This document shows positions 8,550 to 18,145 of a DNA stretch of 57,520 nucleotides, one piece after another (position 1 is the stretch's first letter; each line of letters opens with the position of its first letter). A program made the translations under genes and the position numbers. The stretch covers positions 1 through 57,520 of the forward strand of contig CAZCFI010000002.1 of NCBI GenBank assembly GCA_964497915.1. The letters are read 5' to 3'. Under the pieces are notes generated by a model. It made no database searches. It saw nothing but the letters and a program-made list of their open reading frames with translations, and was not told the origin of the DNA. The stretch comes from an uncultured Thermoproteales archaeon (lineage in GTDB: Archaea > Thermoproteota > Thermoprotei > Thermofilales > CAYSTQ01).

Positions 8550-8794
8550 GGCTGGTCCTCCGCCTAGTGGTGCCCATCATGAACGCGAGGGCTGGGGAGG
8601 CGATAGCGAGGGCCCTGGAGCCTGACAACAGGGCAGCACCGCCCGGCGTCTCAGCCAGCGCCGCGCTCCGTGAGGGCGCCCTTGAGGTCACGATCGTGGT
8701 CGAGGACGGGCCGGGGGGGTGCCTCCACGCCTTCAATGACCTGATAAGGTGTCTCGCGGCCGTCGATAAGTCTATAAGAGTCCTTTCCGAATAG
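8546..8794 (+). CDS. Pcc1/CTAG-fold small protein (second Pcc1-family paralog in window)
   Basis: 82 aa. Pattern LRLVVPIMNARAGEAIARALEPD...ALEVTIVVEDGPGGCLHAFNDLIRCLAAV matches the Pcc1 beta-alpha layout. ATGA overlap with the upstream DHH gene. Confidence 0.55.
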   Translation: MRLVLRLVVPIMNARAGEAIARALEPDNRAAPPGVSASAALREGALEVTIVVEDGPGGCLHAFNDLIRCLAAVDKSIRVLSE

Positions 8795-8814
8795 GGAAAG
8801 GCCAGCGTGGGAGC

Positions 8815-9462
8815 ATGCCAGCGCCTAGGTCAGCGAGGGACAGGTGGGCGCTGAAGAAGTGGTTCCCGGTCTACGCGTCGAGCGCCTTCGGGTACGCTGA
8901 GATAGGCGAGATACCGGCCAACTCGGAGAAGGGCCTGATGGGGAGGACCATAGAGGTGCGCCTATTCCAGATAACTGGGGACTTCACTCAGGCGCACATC
9001 AAGCTAAAGTTTCAGGTCGTAAAGGTCGTGAATGGCAAGGCCTTCACGCAGTTCAAGGGCTTCGAGCTCGCCAGGGACTACCTGAGGAGCTTGGTGAGGA
9101 GAGGCACGACCAAGGTCGATGGCATATTTGACGTCGAGACCAAGGACGGCGTCAGGATGAGGGTGGCCATAATGGTGATAACGCAGCACAGAGTCAAGAC
9201 ATCCCAGGAGAAGGCCATAAGGAGGGTAGCTAAGGAGGTTGTCGAGGCCAGGGCCTCAATGCTGACGTTCGACGAGTTCGTCCGCGAGGCAGTGCTGGGC
9301 AAGGTCGCCTCAGAGGTGTTCAATAAGGCTAGGAAGATATACCCGCTGAGGAAGGTCGAGGTCAGGAAGATTAAGGTGCTGACGAAGACCTTCGACATCC
9401 CGCTCAAGATCCCAGAGGAGCTCCAGGCGCCAGCTCAGGAGGCAGCGCCTAGTCCAGGCTGA
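8815..9462 (+). CDS. rps3ae: 30S ribosomal protein S3Ae (eS1)
   Basis: KKWFPVYASSAFGYAEIGEIPANSEKGLMGRTIEVRLFQITGDF. Confidence 0.95.
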   Translation: MPAPRSARDRWALKKWFPVYASSAFGYAEIGEIPANSEKGLMGRTIEVRLFQITGDFTQAHIKLKFQVVKVVNGKAFTQFKGFELARDYLRSLVRRGTTKVDGIFDVETKDGVRMRVAIMVITQHRVKTSQEKAIRRVAKEVVEARASMLTFDEFVREAVLGKVASEVFNKARKIYPLRKVEVRKIKVLTKTFDIPLKIPEELQAPAQEAAPSPG

Positions 9463-10462
9463 GCTGCTTCGCCTTTAGCCCGAGCTTCTCCGAGAGTATC
9501 TCGAGGCACTTGGCCACCACGTCCTCCGGAGTGCCCCTCACCAGAGCGCCGCCCGCTAGGTGGTGCCCCCCGCCCGAGCCGCCCATAAGCTCAGCCAGCC
9601 TCGGCATGACGTCCTCGCCTAGGCTCAGCCCAGCGCCCTCCCTGAACCTGCTGGTGCACCTGGCACTGACCCTGACTTCGTCATTCCTCTCACTGACGAC
9701 GAACGCCACATCTGCGCCCAGGCTTAGTATCGCTCGAGCGGCTGAGGCCTCGAAGGAGCCCACGCGAGTGAAGGCTACGAGCCAGTCGCCGAGCCTGTAG
9801 AGCCTGAGCCTGCCAGCCGCCTTGAGCCTGGCTATCCTCTCGGGCAGGTCCATCTCCTGCTGCAGGGCCTCCACCACGTCTGAGTAGGAGACGCCACGCC
9901 TCAGCACCTCGCTGGCGACGACCAGCGCAGCTGGCGTGGCGTGGGCGAACCGCCTGGTGTCGAAGAGTATTCCGGCGAGCACGAGGAACAGCGCCTCCCT
10001 GGGCAGCTCGACCCCGAGCTCCACGCAGATCTCGTAAGCTATGACCGACGCTGCCGCCTCCTCCCTCACCACAGCCCCCCAGCAGAGCTCAAGCAGGTCG
10101 CGTGTCGGGACGTGGTGATCGACGAGGAACACGCGCCCCCTCAGCTCGTCGAGCATGGCCCGCGCCGCGCCAAGCTGCCCTGGCGAGGCGAGGTCCACGA
10201 GGATGAGCCCGCTGAGCCCCTCAACACCCTCCTCGGCGTAACTCAGCCTCGCGCCGGATCGCTCGATGACCCTCCTCGACGCCCTGCTAACGCCCTCTGG
10301 GAATATGAGCTGCAGATCGCGCCCGACGGCCCTCGCCACCCCATCCCTCAGAGCGACGGCGCACCCCACCGCGTCAGGGTCGGCGTTAGCGTGAGTCGCT
10401 ATGGCCACGGCGCCGGGGGCAGAATCGAGGAACTCCAGCAGCCGCTCAGCTCCCCCCCTCAA
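9449..10462 (-). CDS. DHH/DHHA1 phosphoesterase (NrnA-like)
   Basis: ATHANADPDAVG, LVDLASP, LVDHHVP, GGGHHLAGGA. Confidence 0.8.
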   Translation of the reverse strand: MRGGAERLLEFLDSAPGAVAIATHANADPDAVGCAVALRDGVARAVGRDLQLIFPEGVSRASRRVIERSGARLSYAEEGVEGLSGLILVDLASPGQLGAARAMLDELRGRVFLVDHHVPTRDLLELCWGAVVREEAAASVIAYEICVELGVELPREALFLVLAGILFDTRRFAHATPAALVVASEVLRRGVSYSDVVEALQQEMDLPERIARLKAAGRLRLYRLGDWLVAFTRVGSFEASAARAILSLGADVAFVVSERNDEVRVSARCTSRFREGAGLSLGEDVMPRLAELMGGSGGGHHLAGGALVRGTPEDVVAKCLEILSEKLGLKAKQLSLD

Positions 10463-10745
10463 CCTCCCTCACCCCGAGCCTCCCGAGCTCCCTCCGGGCC
10501 ACCTCGAAGCCAGCCTCTATTGCCTCGTCTAGCAGCCTGTCAGGGTCAACTCCGCAGAAAGGGTTCACGTCGAGGTACGCGAAGACGTCGAGCACGTAGC
10601 CCCCCTCCTCGGAGCGCCTGAGCTCGACGTGGACGTCGATCACGTAGATGTACTTGGGCTGCACCCTCTGCGATATATAGTCGACCACCGCCTCAGCTAC
10701 CCTGCGGCTTACCTCCCTCACGTCCTCCTCGCTAAGCTTCCTCAT
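10446..10745 (-). CDS. Small conserved archaeal protein (DUF3194-like, tentative)
   Basis: 99-aa acidic protein immediately downstream of prefoldin beta. Coding-like composition. Family assignment is from memory of typical synteny only. Confidence 0.55.
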   Translation of the reverse strand: MRKLSEEDVREVSRRVAEAVVDYISQRVQPKYIYVIDVHVELRRSEEGGYVLDVFAYLDVNPFCGVDPDRLLDEAIEAGFEVARRELGRLGVREVEGGS

Positions 10746-10751
10746 GCTCGG

Positions 10752-11129
10752 CTATCCGCCGACGACCCCCTCCCCCTTGGCTGACAGCTCCTCAGCTATC
10801 TTCTTCTCCAGGTCTCCCAGCTGCTTCCTCAGCAGCTTCTCCTGCTTGTCGAGCGTCATTATACTCGCTTCAGCAATCTCCTTCTTCTCCTTAAGCTCGC
10901 TAAGCAGGTCCCGCTTGGTGGAGGAGACCATTATGGGCCCGACGATCTTGAACACCGGCGTCTCGTCGCTAGCCTTCTCGAGCTCTCTGATGGCCCCCTC
11001 AAGCTCGTTCAACCTCACCTGCCACTGCTGCTTGCGTATGAGGATCGCCTGGAGCTGGTCGCGGAGCTGCTGGAGCCTCTGCAGCTGGCCCCTCAGGCGC
11101 GGTGGCAACTGCTCCCCCATCCGGAACAC
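10752..11129 (-). CDS. pfdB: Prefoldin beta subunit
   Basis: Two coiled-coil arms flank the VFKIVGPIMV hairpin. QLQRLQQLRDQLQ... Confidence 0.9.
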   Translation of the reverse strand: MFRMGEQLPPRLRGQLQRLQQLRDQLQAILIRKQQWQVRLNELEGAIRELEKASDETPVFKIVGPIMVSSTKRDLLSELKEKKEIAEASIMTLDKQEKLLRKQLGDLEKKIAEELSAKGEGVVGG

Positions 11130-11158
11130 CTTGAGCGGGGAATTGCTAGTAGATAGTC

Positions 11159-11446
11159 CTAGCCGCGCTTTTTACCTTTTGCCCCAGCTGAGCCCAGAGC
11201 AGCCCTCAGCGATGAGTCCACGGAGTGCATGAGCCTGAGGTAGCTATTAACGGCTGCCCTCAGGCCCGACAGGTCAGAGGTCTCGATCTCCAGCACTAAG
11301 GCATTGCCCTCTGCGCGCAGGGAGGCTCTCACCCTAGGCGAGGCCGGGGTCGCTATGTCCGGGAGGAGGGCTCGGAGCAGCGCCTCTCTCGCTCTCTCGT
11401 CCTCAACATGCACCTCTAGCCTGGCCGCTAAGCGGGGCTCGGGCAC
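11159..11446 (-). CDS. pcc1: KEOPS subunit Pcc1
   Basis: ARLEVHVEDERAREALLRALLPD...NALVLEIETSDLSGLRAAVNSYLRLMHSV. Canonical position in the exosome superoperon. Confidence 0.8.
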   Translation of the reverse strand: MPEPRLAARLEVHVEDERAREALLRALLPDIATPASPRVRASLRAEGNALVLEIETSDLSGLRAAVNSYLRLMHSVDSSLRAALGSAGAKGKKRG

Positions 11447-12009
11447 CTGTAGACCACCCTCCTGACCCTCATTAGGGGGCCGACCACGTCTAGCTTGCGC
11501 AGCGATAGAAACTTGAGAATGAAGCTCAAGTCCGGCTTGCCCACGCGCTCAACGAGTAGGGCTGCCTGGGAGACCCCCCTGAGGTCATCTATCGAGCTAG
11601 CCTTTATTGTCAGCAGCCCGAGCGCCTCTCCCAGCGCTAGCGCCAGCGCCTCCGCCTCGCCGCCCTCGAAGTACCCCACGACCTCGCTCTTCACCCTGAC
11701 TGGTCTCGCGTCCGGCATCTCCCTCACGAGCTTCACACCCCTGAGTTGGATTATGAGGGGGTAGAACTCGAACTCGTCCTCGTAGACCTTCATGAAGACT
11801 ATGCGGCCGGGGTTGCCGTGCTGCCCCCGGCAGACTATCACCACGGTATCCGACCCCCGCCTGTAGGCCTCAGCCGCCAGCTCGTCTATGTTCATCTTGC
11901 CCCTGTTTACATGAGAAGCTCTCGGCAAGGCCCTCGCGAGGTCCTTGACAAACGACCTCAGCCTGGGGTTCGGGTGCCGGCTGGTCGTGATGAGTATCCT
12001 CGCCCTCAA
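11428..12009 (-). CDS. Brix-domain ribosome biogenesis protein
   Basis: ILITTSRHPNPRLRSFVKDLARALP...NRGKMNIDELA. Confidence 0.85.
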   Translation of the reverse strand: MRARILITTSRHPNPRLRSFVKDLARALPRASHVNRGKMNIDELAAEAYRRGSDTVVIVCRGQHGNPGRIVFMKVYEDEFEFYPLIIQLRGVKLVREMPDARPVRVKSEVVGYFEGGEAEALALALGEALGLLTIKASSIDDLRGVSQAALLVERVGKPDLSFILKFLSLRKLDVVGPLMRVRRVVYRCPSPA

Positions 12010-12011
12010 GA

Positions 12012-12284
12012 CTACCTCAGACCCATTTGCTTAAGCTCCTCCGGGGCGAAGGTCTTGCCCATGACGGTCCTCGGCACCCACGCGCCGCCAGCGAAGGTGT
12101 AGCCACACTTGCGGCAGTGCCACACGCCAATGCTAATCCTCCTCAGCGTCCCTAGCGTCCTGCACCTGGGGCATCTGTGTGGCCCTCGCATCCTCCTCTC
12201 TATGAGGGCCACCTTCTTCCTCAGCGTGGAGCCGTACCTGGCCCCGAACCTCCCAGCGGGGCCAACGATCTTCGTCCTCCCCAT
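12012..12284 (-). CDS. rpl37ae: 50S ribosomal protein L37Ae (eL43)
   Basis: MGRTKIVGPAGRFGARYGSTLRKKV...CPRC...CRKCGYTFAGGAW. Internal ATG 12284 is preferred over the track start 12302. Confidence 0.95.
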   Translation of the reverse strand: MGRTKIVGPAGRFGARYGSTLRKKVALIERRMRGPHRCPRCRTLGTLRRISIGVWHCRKCGYTFAGGAWVPRTVMGKTFAPEELKQMGLR

Positions 12285-12332
12285 CGCTGATCCCACCCAC
12301 ACTCCCAGCTTACCCGTAATAAGCCTTTCGCG

Positions 12333-13142
12333 CTAGGCCTTCAGCTTGACGACGGCCTCCCTGAGCGACATTGACAGCTTGCGGGCCAGGGAAGCCGCCC
12401 TCACGACCTCCTCGCACGTGAAGGTCCCCCTGAGCCCCTTCTGGATGGCGCACAGGTTGCCCTTGCCATCTATGCCGAAGGTTATCCTGGCGTCCATGAC
12501 CAGCTCCTCCTCGTAGCACGGGTCGACGACGATTTCGCCGCCAATCTTTGCGAAGGTGACTGTGACTGGCACGTCCCTCATTGGCAGCCCCCTCCTCTCC
12601 TCCTTGACCCTAACCTCTGTCCCCCTAACCTCGACCTCAGGGATCTTGGCCGTGTAGAGGGCGGCCACAGCGGCAAGCGCTGACGCGTCGATCAGGTTGC
12701 CGTCGTGGTTGAGGGCGTAGATGTCGATGTAAATGCACCACGCCCTCCTACCAGGCACTATGGCCAGCTCGCGCAGGTCTATGGCCCCAGCGCTCCTGAG
12801 TGCCCTGTCCACGACCCTTGAGAGCTCGACATCCTCCTCACCTGGGGGGCCCGGCTCGAAGACGGGGGAGGCGAGCGGTATCAGCTCAGCGTTCACTATC
12901 TGTGCCCCCTCGTTCGGGCTGTCTGGGTACGGCGTCCCTAGCACGGCCTTAACGCCAGCTATCACCATCGTGTTGCCCAGCGACACTAAGGCCGACCCGT
13001 CAGCCCTCTCTATCACGTTCGCCTCTATCTTCAGCTCCCTGAACTCGTCGGGCCTCCTGTTGTCGAGCCTCCTGCCCTGGCTGAGCAGGGATATTATCGT
13101 GTCCTTCCTCAGCTTGGGGATTATCTCCTCCGGCCTGCTCAT
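12333..13142 (-). CDS. rrp42: Exosome complex subunit Rrp42
   Basis: RNase PH-like. [38 protein letters not shown]. Confidence 0.9.
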   Translation of the reverse strand: MSRPEEIIPKLRKDTIISLLSQGRRLDNRRPDEFRELKIEANVIERADGSALVSLGNTMVIAGVKAVLGTPYPDSPNEGAQIVNAELIPLASPVFEPGPPGEEDVELSRVVDRALRSAGAIDLRELAIVPGRRAWCIYIDIYALNHDGNLIDASALAAVAALYTAKIPEVEVRGTEVRVKEERRGLPMRDVPVTVTFAKIGGEIVVDPCYEEELVMDARITFGIDGKGNLCAIQKGLRGTFTCEEVVRAASLARKLSMSLREAVVKLKA

Positions 13143-13891
13143 CTCCTACCCTCCCTCAGCTCCACGGCTAGCGACGAGTACCTCTCCCTCAGTGCCCTCT
13201 TCTGGATCTCGTAGAGCTCCCTTATGCCCTTCATCGCCAGCTTGAGCCCCTTCTCGAGCTCCTCCAGAGTGAACGTGCCATCGGCCTGGAGGAGCGTTAT
13301 CTCCTCCAGTGACGGCATCATGGCTACTGGCATGTCGCCCCCGCCGTACTGGTCCTCTAAGTGGTTCAGGTCGAGCACCAGGACGCCGTCCACCTTGCCC
13401 ACGGCCACGGCTGCGACTAGGTCCCTCATCGGTATGCCAGCGTCCGCTAGGGCCACTGCCGCTGCGGTTATGGAAGCGGTCCTGGTGCCGCCGTCGGCCT
13501 GGAGCACCTCTATGAATATGTCGATGGTGGTCCTCGGGAAGGCCTCCAGGATTATCGCCGGCTCGAGTGCCTCCCTTATGACCTTAGATAGCTCTATCTC
13601 CCTCCTCGTCGGGGCTGGCGACTTCCTCTCCGGGACCGAGAAGGGGGCCATGTGGTACCTGCACCTCACTATAGCTCTGTCCGGGAGCGCCAGGTGCCTG
13701 GGATGAAGCTCCCTGGGGCCGTAGACAGCCACCATTATCCTGTTCTTGCCCTGGCGTATCAGGGCTGAGCCGTCAGCGTTCTTGAGGATCCCGACCTCTA
13801 TCTCAGTGGGTCTCAGCTCGTCGGGCCTCCTGCCGTCCACCCTGCGCCCGTCCTCGGTCATGAGCTTGGGTTTCTCCTCACCCATCCTCAC
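13139..13891 (-). CDS. rrp41: Exosome complex exonuclease Rrp41
   Basis: [43 protein letters not shown]...[12 protein letters not shown]. Confidence 0.95.
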   Translation of the reverse strand: MRMGEEKPKLMTEDGRRVDGRRPDELRPTEIEVGILKNADGSALIRQGKNRIMVAVYGPRELHPRHLALPDRAIVRCRYHMAPFSVPERKSPAPTRREIELSKVIREALEPAIILEAFPRTTIDIFIEVLQADGGTRTASITAAAVALADAGIPMRDLVAAVAVGKVDGVLVLDLNHLEDQYGGGDMPVAMMPSLEEITLLQADGTFTLEELEKGLKLAMKGIRELYEIQKRALRERYSSLAVELREGRR

Positions 13892-14571
13892 CGCCTCCCG
13901 AGCCTCGACACCCGGGCCCTTATCCTGCTAGTCGAGCCTGGCGAGAAGTCCTCGAATATCATTGTGAGTAAGTCAACAACCTCCAGCAGCCTGTTCCTAG
14001 CCCCCGTAACGACCACCCTGCCGTTCTTCCCAACGTATATGTCGCACTTAAGCTTGCTCTTGACCTCATCGATCAACCTTAGCCTGCTCTCTATCACCTT
14101 GTAGACTAGGGAGGGCTGGAACTCGAGGAGCAGCCCCTCAGTCACCTTGCCTAACCTCGACTCCTTAATCGTCAGCATGGGATCCCTGAGGTAGTCGAAC
14201 TCTATGACCTTGGCCACTATCACGTCGCCTATGTCAAGGTACCTCCTCAAGTCTATCTTAGTCACGTCGATTGGCCTTGACAGGGCCTCCGAGACCTGCA
14301 GGACGGCGGGGTAGGGGGAGTTTATGTCAACGAGCCAGTTAGTGACGCCCACATCCCTGATCTTGCCCACGACGATGTCGCCGACCCTCGGGATGTATAT
14401 GTGCTTGAAGGGCGTGACCGATATGCCCTCTCTGGCCACCCTGGCTATGCCTAGGTAGAGCGAGACGAGCCTGCCGTTAGTGCGCATCACTCCCTCACCA
14501 GCCCTGTAGTTGCCCTCGGCTACCACGTCGCCCGGCAGCACTATGGCGCCGCTCCTAACGAAGACGGGCAT
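13888..14571 (-). CDS. rrp4: Exosome RNA-binding subunit Rrp4 (S1+KH)
   Basis: [10 protein letters not shown]...[29 protein letters not shown]. 4-nt overlaps link it with rrp41. Confidence 0.9.
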   Translation of the reverse strand: MPVFVRSGAIVLPGDVVAEGNYRAGEGVMRTNGRLVSLYLGIARVAREGISVTPFKHIYIPRVGDIVVGKIRDVGVTNWLVDINSPYPAVLQVSEALSRPIDVTKIDLRRYLDIGDVIVAKVIEFDYLRDPMLTIKESRLGKVTEGLLLEFQPSLVYKVIESRLRLIDEVKSKLKCDIYVGKNGRVVVTGARNRLLEVVDLLTMIFEDFSPGSTSRIRARVSRLGRR

Positions 14572-14574
14572 CGG

Positions 14575-15273
14575 TCACCTTACCTCCTCGAGTATCCTCA
14601 CCTCCCCGCTCCCCCTGGTCAGCTCGCTCACCTTCTCGACGAAGGAGGTCCTCAGGCCAGCCGGTATCTCCACCTCAGCGATCCAGGTGCCGTCGGACTG
14701 GTACTCACTCCTGAGTATCCTGCCGGTCCTAGCGATGTAGCCGTAGGCCCTGCCTATGTGCGCTGGAGGTATCTTCACCCCGACTCGCAGCCTGGCTATC
14801 TTCAGGGGCAGTATGGGCCTCAGGGCCTTGATGACGTTCTCTATCTGGGCCTCGACGGGCAAGAACGGGTCTATCCCCACCTTGGCCTGCTCGAGGGCAA
14901 GCTCTATCCTCTTGGGCGGGTGCGGGAGCCCGGTCTTGGGGTCGACGCAGTTCCGCGATATGAACTCCACTACCTGCCTCCTCTTGGCCTCTATCAGCTT
15001 CCTCCTCTGCTCCGCTGTCAGCTGAAGCTCGCCCCGCGTTATTATCTTCTTGGCCACCTCATAGACGTCGTCGGTGCCGAAGACCCGCCTCAGGTCCTCT
15101 GGGGACGCCTTAAGCCCTCGCCTCACGTCGTAGTACACTGTGTCGCCAACTAGGACCTCCCTGATGTCGACGTCCTCGCCTCCCCTCAACCTCCATGCCT
15201 TGTCCGCGTAGACGAGTATCTCAAACCTCTTGCCCCGGGCCTGGTACCTGGCTACGACCTCTCGGGAGTTCAA
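14575..15273 (-). CDS. Ribosome maturation protein SBDS/Sdo1
   Basis: [22 protein letters not shown]...[36 protein letters not shown]. Confidence 0.9.
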   Translation of the reverse strand: MNSREVVARYQARGKRFEILVYADKAWRLRGGEDVDIREVLVGDTVYYDVRRGLKASPEDLRRVFGTDDVYEVAKKIITRGELQLTAEQRRKLIEAKRRQVVEFISRNCVDPKTGLPHPPKRIELALEQAKVGIDPFLPVEAQIENVIKALRPILPLKIARLRVGVKIPPAHIGRAYGYIARTGRILRSEYQSDGTWIAEVEIPAGLRTSFVEKVSELTRGSGEVRILEEVR

Positions 15274-15977
15274 CCTCTCCCTCCCATGGCGCTTATGTAC
15301 TCAGCGAGCCTCTCCTTCGGGAGCTTCCTGAAGATCTTGGTCTCCACGTCGACCACGGCCACCTCCACGTTGTCCACAGTCGCCTTCCCCTCGCCCATGC
15401 CTCTGCTCAGGGCCCTGAGGGAGGTGACTATCGCGTCGTCCAGGCTCATGTCAGCGCTGTACTCCTTCTCGAGGAGCTCTATGGCCGCCTGGGCGCCGGA
15501 GCCTATGGCGTGAGCGTAGTACGACGCATAGATCCCGCCGGGATCTGTTCCGACGAGTCTCGGCCCTGAGGCGTCGACGCCAGCTATGAGGAAGGCCACG
15601 CCGAATGGCCTAAGCCCGCCGTGCTGGGTGTACATCTGCTTAATGTCGCACAACTTCCTGGCCAGCGCCTCGACCGAGATGGGCTCGTCGTATAGCAGCC
15701 TGTTCATCTGTGCATAAATGCGGGCTTTGTCAATGAGTATCCTGGCGTCTGACGACAGGCCAGCAAATGCCAGGCCTATGTGCTCGTCTACCTTCTGGAT
15801 CTTCTCTATGGACTCGACAAGTCTAGAGACCCTGTATATCTCCACAGCGAGCACGACGCCGTCCTTGGCTCGAACTCCTACGGCCGTCCTCCCCCTCTTC
15901 ACAGCCTCTCTAGCGTACTCGACCTGGAAGAGCTTACCGTCGGGGGACCATATCGTGATAGCTCTGTCGTACCCCAT
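15270..15977 (-). CDS. psmA: Proteasome alpha subunit
   Basis: [32 protein letters not shown] 15977 is preferred over the TTG at 15995. Confidence 0.95.
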   Translation of the reverse strand: MGYDRAITIWSPDGKLFQVEYAREAVKRGRTAVGVRAKDGVVLAVEIYRVSRLVESIEKIQKVDEHIGLAFAGLSSDARILIDKARIYAQMNRLLYDEPISVEALARKLCDIKQMYTQHGGLRPFGVAFLIAGVDASGPRLVGTDPGGIYASYYAHAIGSGAQAAIELLEKEYSADMSLDDAIVTSLRALSRGMGEGKATVDNVEVAVVDVETKIFRKLPKERLAEYISAMGGRG

Positions 15978-16079
15978 GCCTGACGGAGTAAACAAGGGGA
16001 GCCACCCACATCTATAAGCTGTGAGCCCTATTATTATTTTGCTCCTTTTTAAGCTCTCCCCTACGGCTGAAGACGCGGG

Positions 16080-16463
16080 CTAGCTCTGCAGCCCCTCCAT
16101 GAGCTTAGCTGGGCTGTCGCGCGCTGGCTCGAGCGAGGCCACCACCCTGGCGGCCTTCCTCAGGGTGCCAGCGACCCTCAGGGTCGTCAGGGCCACGGAG
16201 AGCCCCCTCACCGACGTGGTCATGGCCAAGGCAGCCCTAGCCGCGTCCACGTGGGTGTGGTGGCAGCGAACGACGCCCAGGCCCTTGGCGGCGTCGTAGA
16301 GCATGAGCTCGAAGCCCGACAGGGCCAATGCTCTCTCGCCAAACAGCGACCTCATGGTCTCCCTCAGGGCCTCCCTGAGCTCCTCGGCCGAGAGGGGGAC
16401 TGGCGACCTAGCCGAGAAAATTAAGTAGCGTCTCCGAGCCCTCATACGCCTCGCCCCTGCCAA
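16080..16463 (-). CDS. RNase P protein component Pop5 (Rpp14)
   Basis: RRRYLIFSARS...LFGERALALSGFELMLYDAAKGLGVVRCHH. The start may be ATG 16445. Confidence 0.75.
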   Translation of the reverse strand: MAGARRMRARRRYLIFSARSPVPLSAEELREALRETMRSLFGERALALSGFELMLYDAAKGLGVVRCHHTHVDAARAALAMTTSVRGLSVALTTLRVAGTLRKAARVVASLEPARDSPAKLMEGLQS

Positions 16464-17157
16464 CCACTCTGAGCCCTGGGAGGACGTCTTCCCTCAGCTC
16501 CTTCGACCTGCGCACTACTGACAGGGGGTTGTCGCTCACCATCTTGAGTGCTACGTCCCTCCCGACCCCGAAGAGGGCGCTGATGGCGGCAGCCATGTCT
16601 CGGGGAGCGCGGACCTCGTACACGCTACGGGCACCGCTCGAGAGCACCACAGCGACTCCGCACTCGAGCGCTAGCGCTAAGGTTCTCCCCACGCTCCTGA
16701 TAGCGGCCACCCTGTCGCTGCTCGCGAGCAGGTCCCTGAAGGCGAGCTCGACGGCCTTCCCGCGCTCCCCCATCATTCTGGCCTGGACCGCGTCAAACCT
16801 CGGTGAGAGCTCGTCGAAGCACACCATGTCAACTCTGCCGTCTCTAGCCGCGAACCTGGCGGCGCTCAGGCTCCTGGGCCGCGCCACGATGATGTCGGCC
16901 CCCCTCCTGTACCTCCTCAGCAGCCTCTTGGCCTCGCTCAGCGACCTCACCTCTAGGTCGACGCGGACGACGTACTCCAAGCCGTGGTCCTCGACTTCCC
17001 TCCTGTACCACCTGGCGAGCCTGCGGTCGAGCCTGTTCAGCATCACGAACGACACGAGCTTAAAGCCGAGGGGGCTGAGGGCCTGAGCGTACTCGCAGGG
17101 CGTGCAGAGGCCCCCCGCCTCGGTCGTGTAGAGCTGGAGGTCCGCGAACCTCCTCAT
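16408..17157 (-). CDS. RNase P protein component Rpp30
   Basis: FADLQLY..., TIM-barrel-like 249 aa, canonical position upstream of pop5. Confidence 0.8.
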   Translation of the reverse strand: MRRFADLQLYTTEAGGLCTPCEYAQALSPLGFKLVSFVMLNRLDRRLARWYRREVEDHGLEYVVRVDLEVRSLSEAKRLLRRYRRGADIIVARPRSLSAARFAARDGRVDMVCFDELSPRFDAVQARMMGERGKAVELAFRDLLASSDRVAAIRSVGRTLALALECGVAVVLSSGARSVYEVRAPRDMAAAISALFGVGRDVALKMVSDNPLSVVRRSKELREDVLPGLRVVGRGEAYEGSETLLNFLG

Positions 17158-17160
17158 GGC

Positions 17161-17607
17161 TCACTCAACTAAGCCGAGCTGAGCGAGCGCCTCCCTCACA
17201 GCGACGAGCCCCCTGATTCTTGAGGACAGGCTTATCCTTATCTTTATCACGTCGTCGTGGTCGGCTACCCTGGCCTCGCCTCGGTACGCCCACTGCTTGT
17301 CGACCCTCACGTAGAAGTTGTTCGAGTCGTCGACCCGCAGGGCCAGGGTGTCGCTCAGCTCCCTCCTGTCGTACACGGACATCAGGTTGGACAGGTACTC
17401 AACGACTTCCTCAGCTCCATCACCAACGGCGGCCCTCATCACGACTATGGGGTTGCCGTAGTAGCCCTCGACCCTCTCCTGCGTGATCTTGATGGAGCCC
17501 CTCAGGGAGGGCGGGATCAGGTTCAGCATGGCAGCCCTGACCTTGCCTACGTCCTCAGTGGCGTGGCAGTGCGCCTCAAAGTAGACGGACGTCACGAGCC
17601 CCCTCAT
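17161..17607 (-). CDS. DUF54-family RNA-binding protein (predicted exosome-associated)
   Basis: MRGLVTSVYFEAHCHATEDVGKVRAAMLNLIP. ATG 17607 is preferred. The longer track ORF would overlap the rpl15e end with an Arg/Pro/Glu-rich N-terminal extension that does not look like real coding sequence. Confidence 0.75.
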   Translation of the reverse strand: MRGLVTSVYFEAHCHATEDVGKVRAAMLNLIPPSLRGSIKITQERVEGYYGNPIVVMRAAVGDGAEEVVEYLSNLMSVYDRRELSDTLALRVDDSNNFYVRVDKQWAYRGEARVADHDDVIKIRISLSSRIRGLVAVREALAQLGLVE

Positions 17608-17615
17608 GCCACCCC

Positions 17616-18107
17616 TCACATCACCCGGACGGCGTACCTCTTCCTCCTCTCGTACCCGCATATCCAGTTGATCTTGGGGTCGCTCCTTATGACTGGGTGG
17701 TGGGGGTCGACCATTATGACCTCGAACCACTTGTACTCCCCGTCCTCACCGACGTAGTAGGACCCGAGCACCTCCAGGTTCGGGTACTTCCTGGCCGCCC
17801 TCTCCTCAGCTATGAGCTGCAGGCTCTTCCTCGGGGTGTGGCCCAGCACGCCCATCCTCTTCGGCCTCCTGCCGCTCCTAGGCCTCGGCTTATTGAGCCC
17901 GCCCTTCCTGACGCGAACCCTGACCACGACGAAGCCCTGCTTGGCTCTGTAGCCGAGCGTCCTAGCTCGGTTTATCCTGGTAGGCCTCTCCACCCTGACT
18001 ACCGATGGCTCCCTGCGCCACCTCATCAGCCTCTGCTTCATTAGCTCTCCCAGCGGCCCCTCCCTAGGCCTCTTCCACATCTGGGCCACGTACTTGTAGA
18101 ACCCCAT
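17616..18107 (-). CDS. rpl15e: 50S ribosomal protein L15e (short C-terminus)
   Basis: [17 protein letters not shown]...[24 protein letters not shown]...[25 protein letters not shown] 18107 is preferred. Ends ...[11 protein letters not shown]. Confidence 0.9.
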   Translation of the reverse strand: MGFYKYVAQMWKRPREGPLGELMKQRLMRWRREPSVVRVERPTRINRARTLGYRAKQGFVVVRVRVRKGGLNKPRPRSGRRPKRMGVLGHTPRKSLQLIAEERAARKYPNLEVLGSYYVGEDGEYKWFEVIMVDPHHPVIRSDPKINWICGYERRKRYAVRVM

Positions 18108-18145
18108 CGCTGGGCCACCCAGGGTGCGATAGGCGCAGGGGTATA

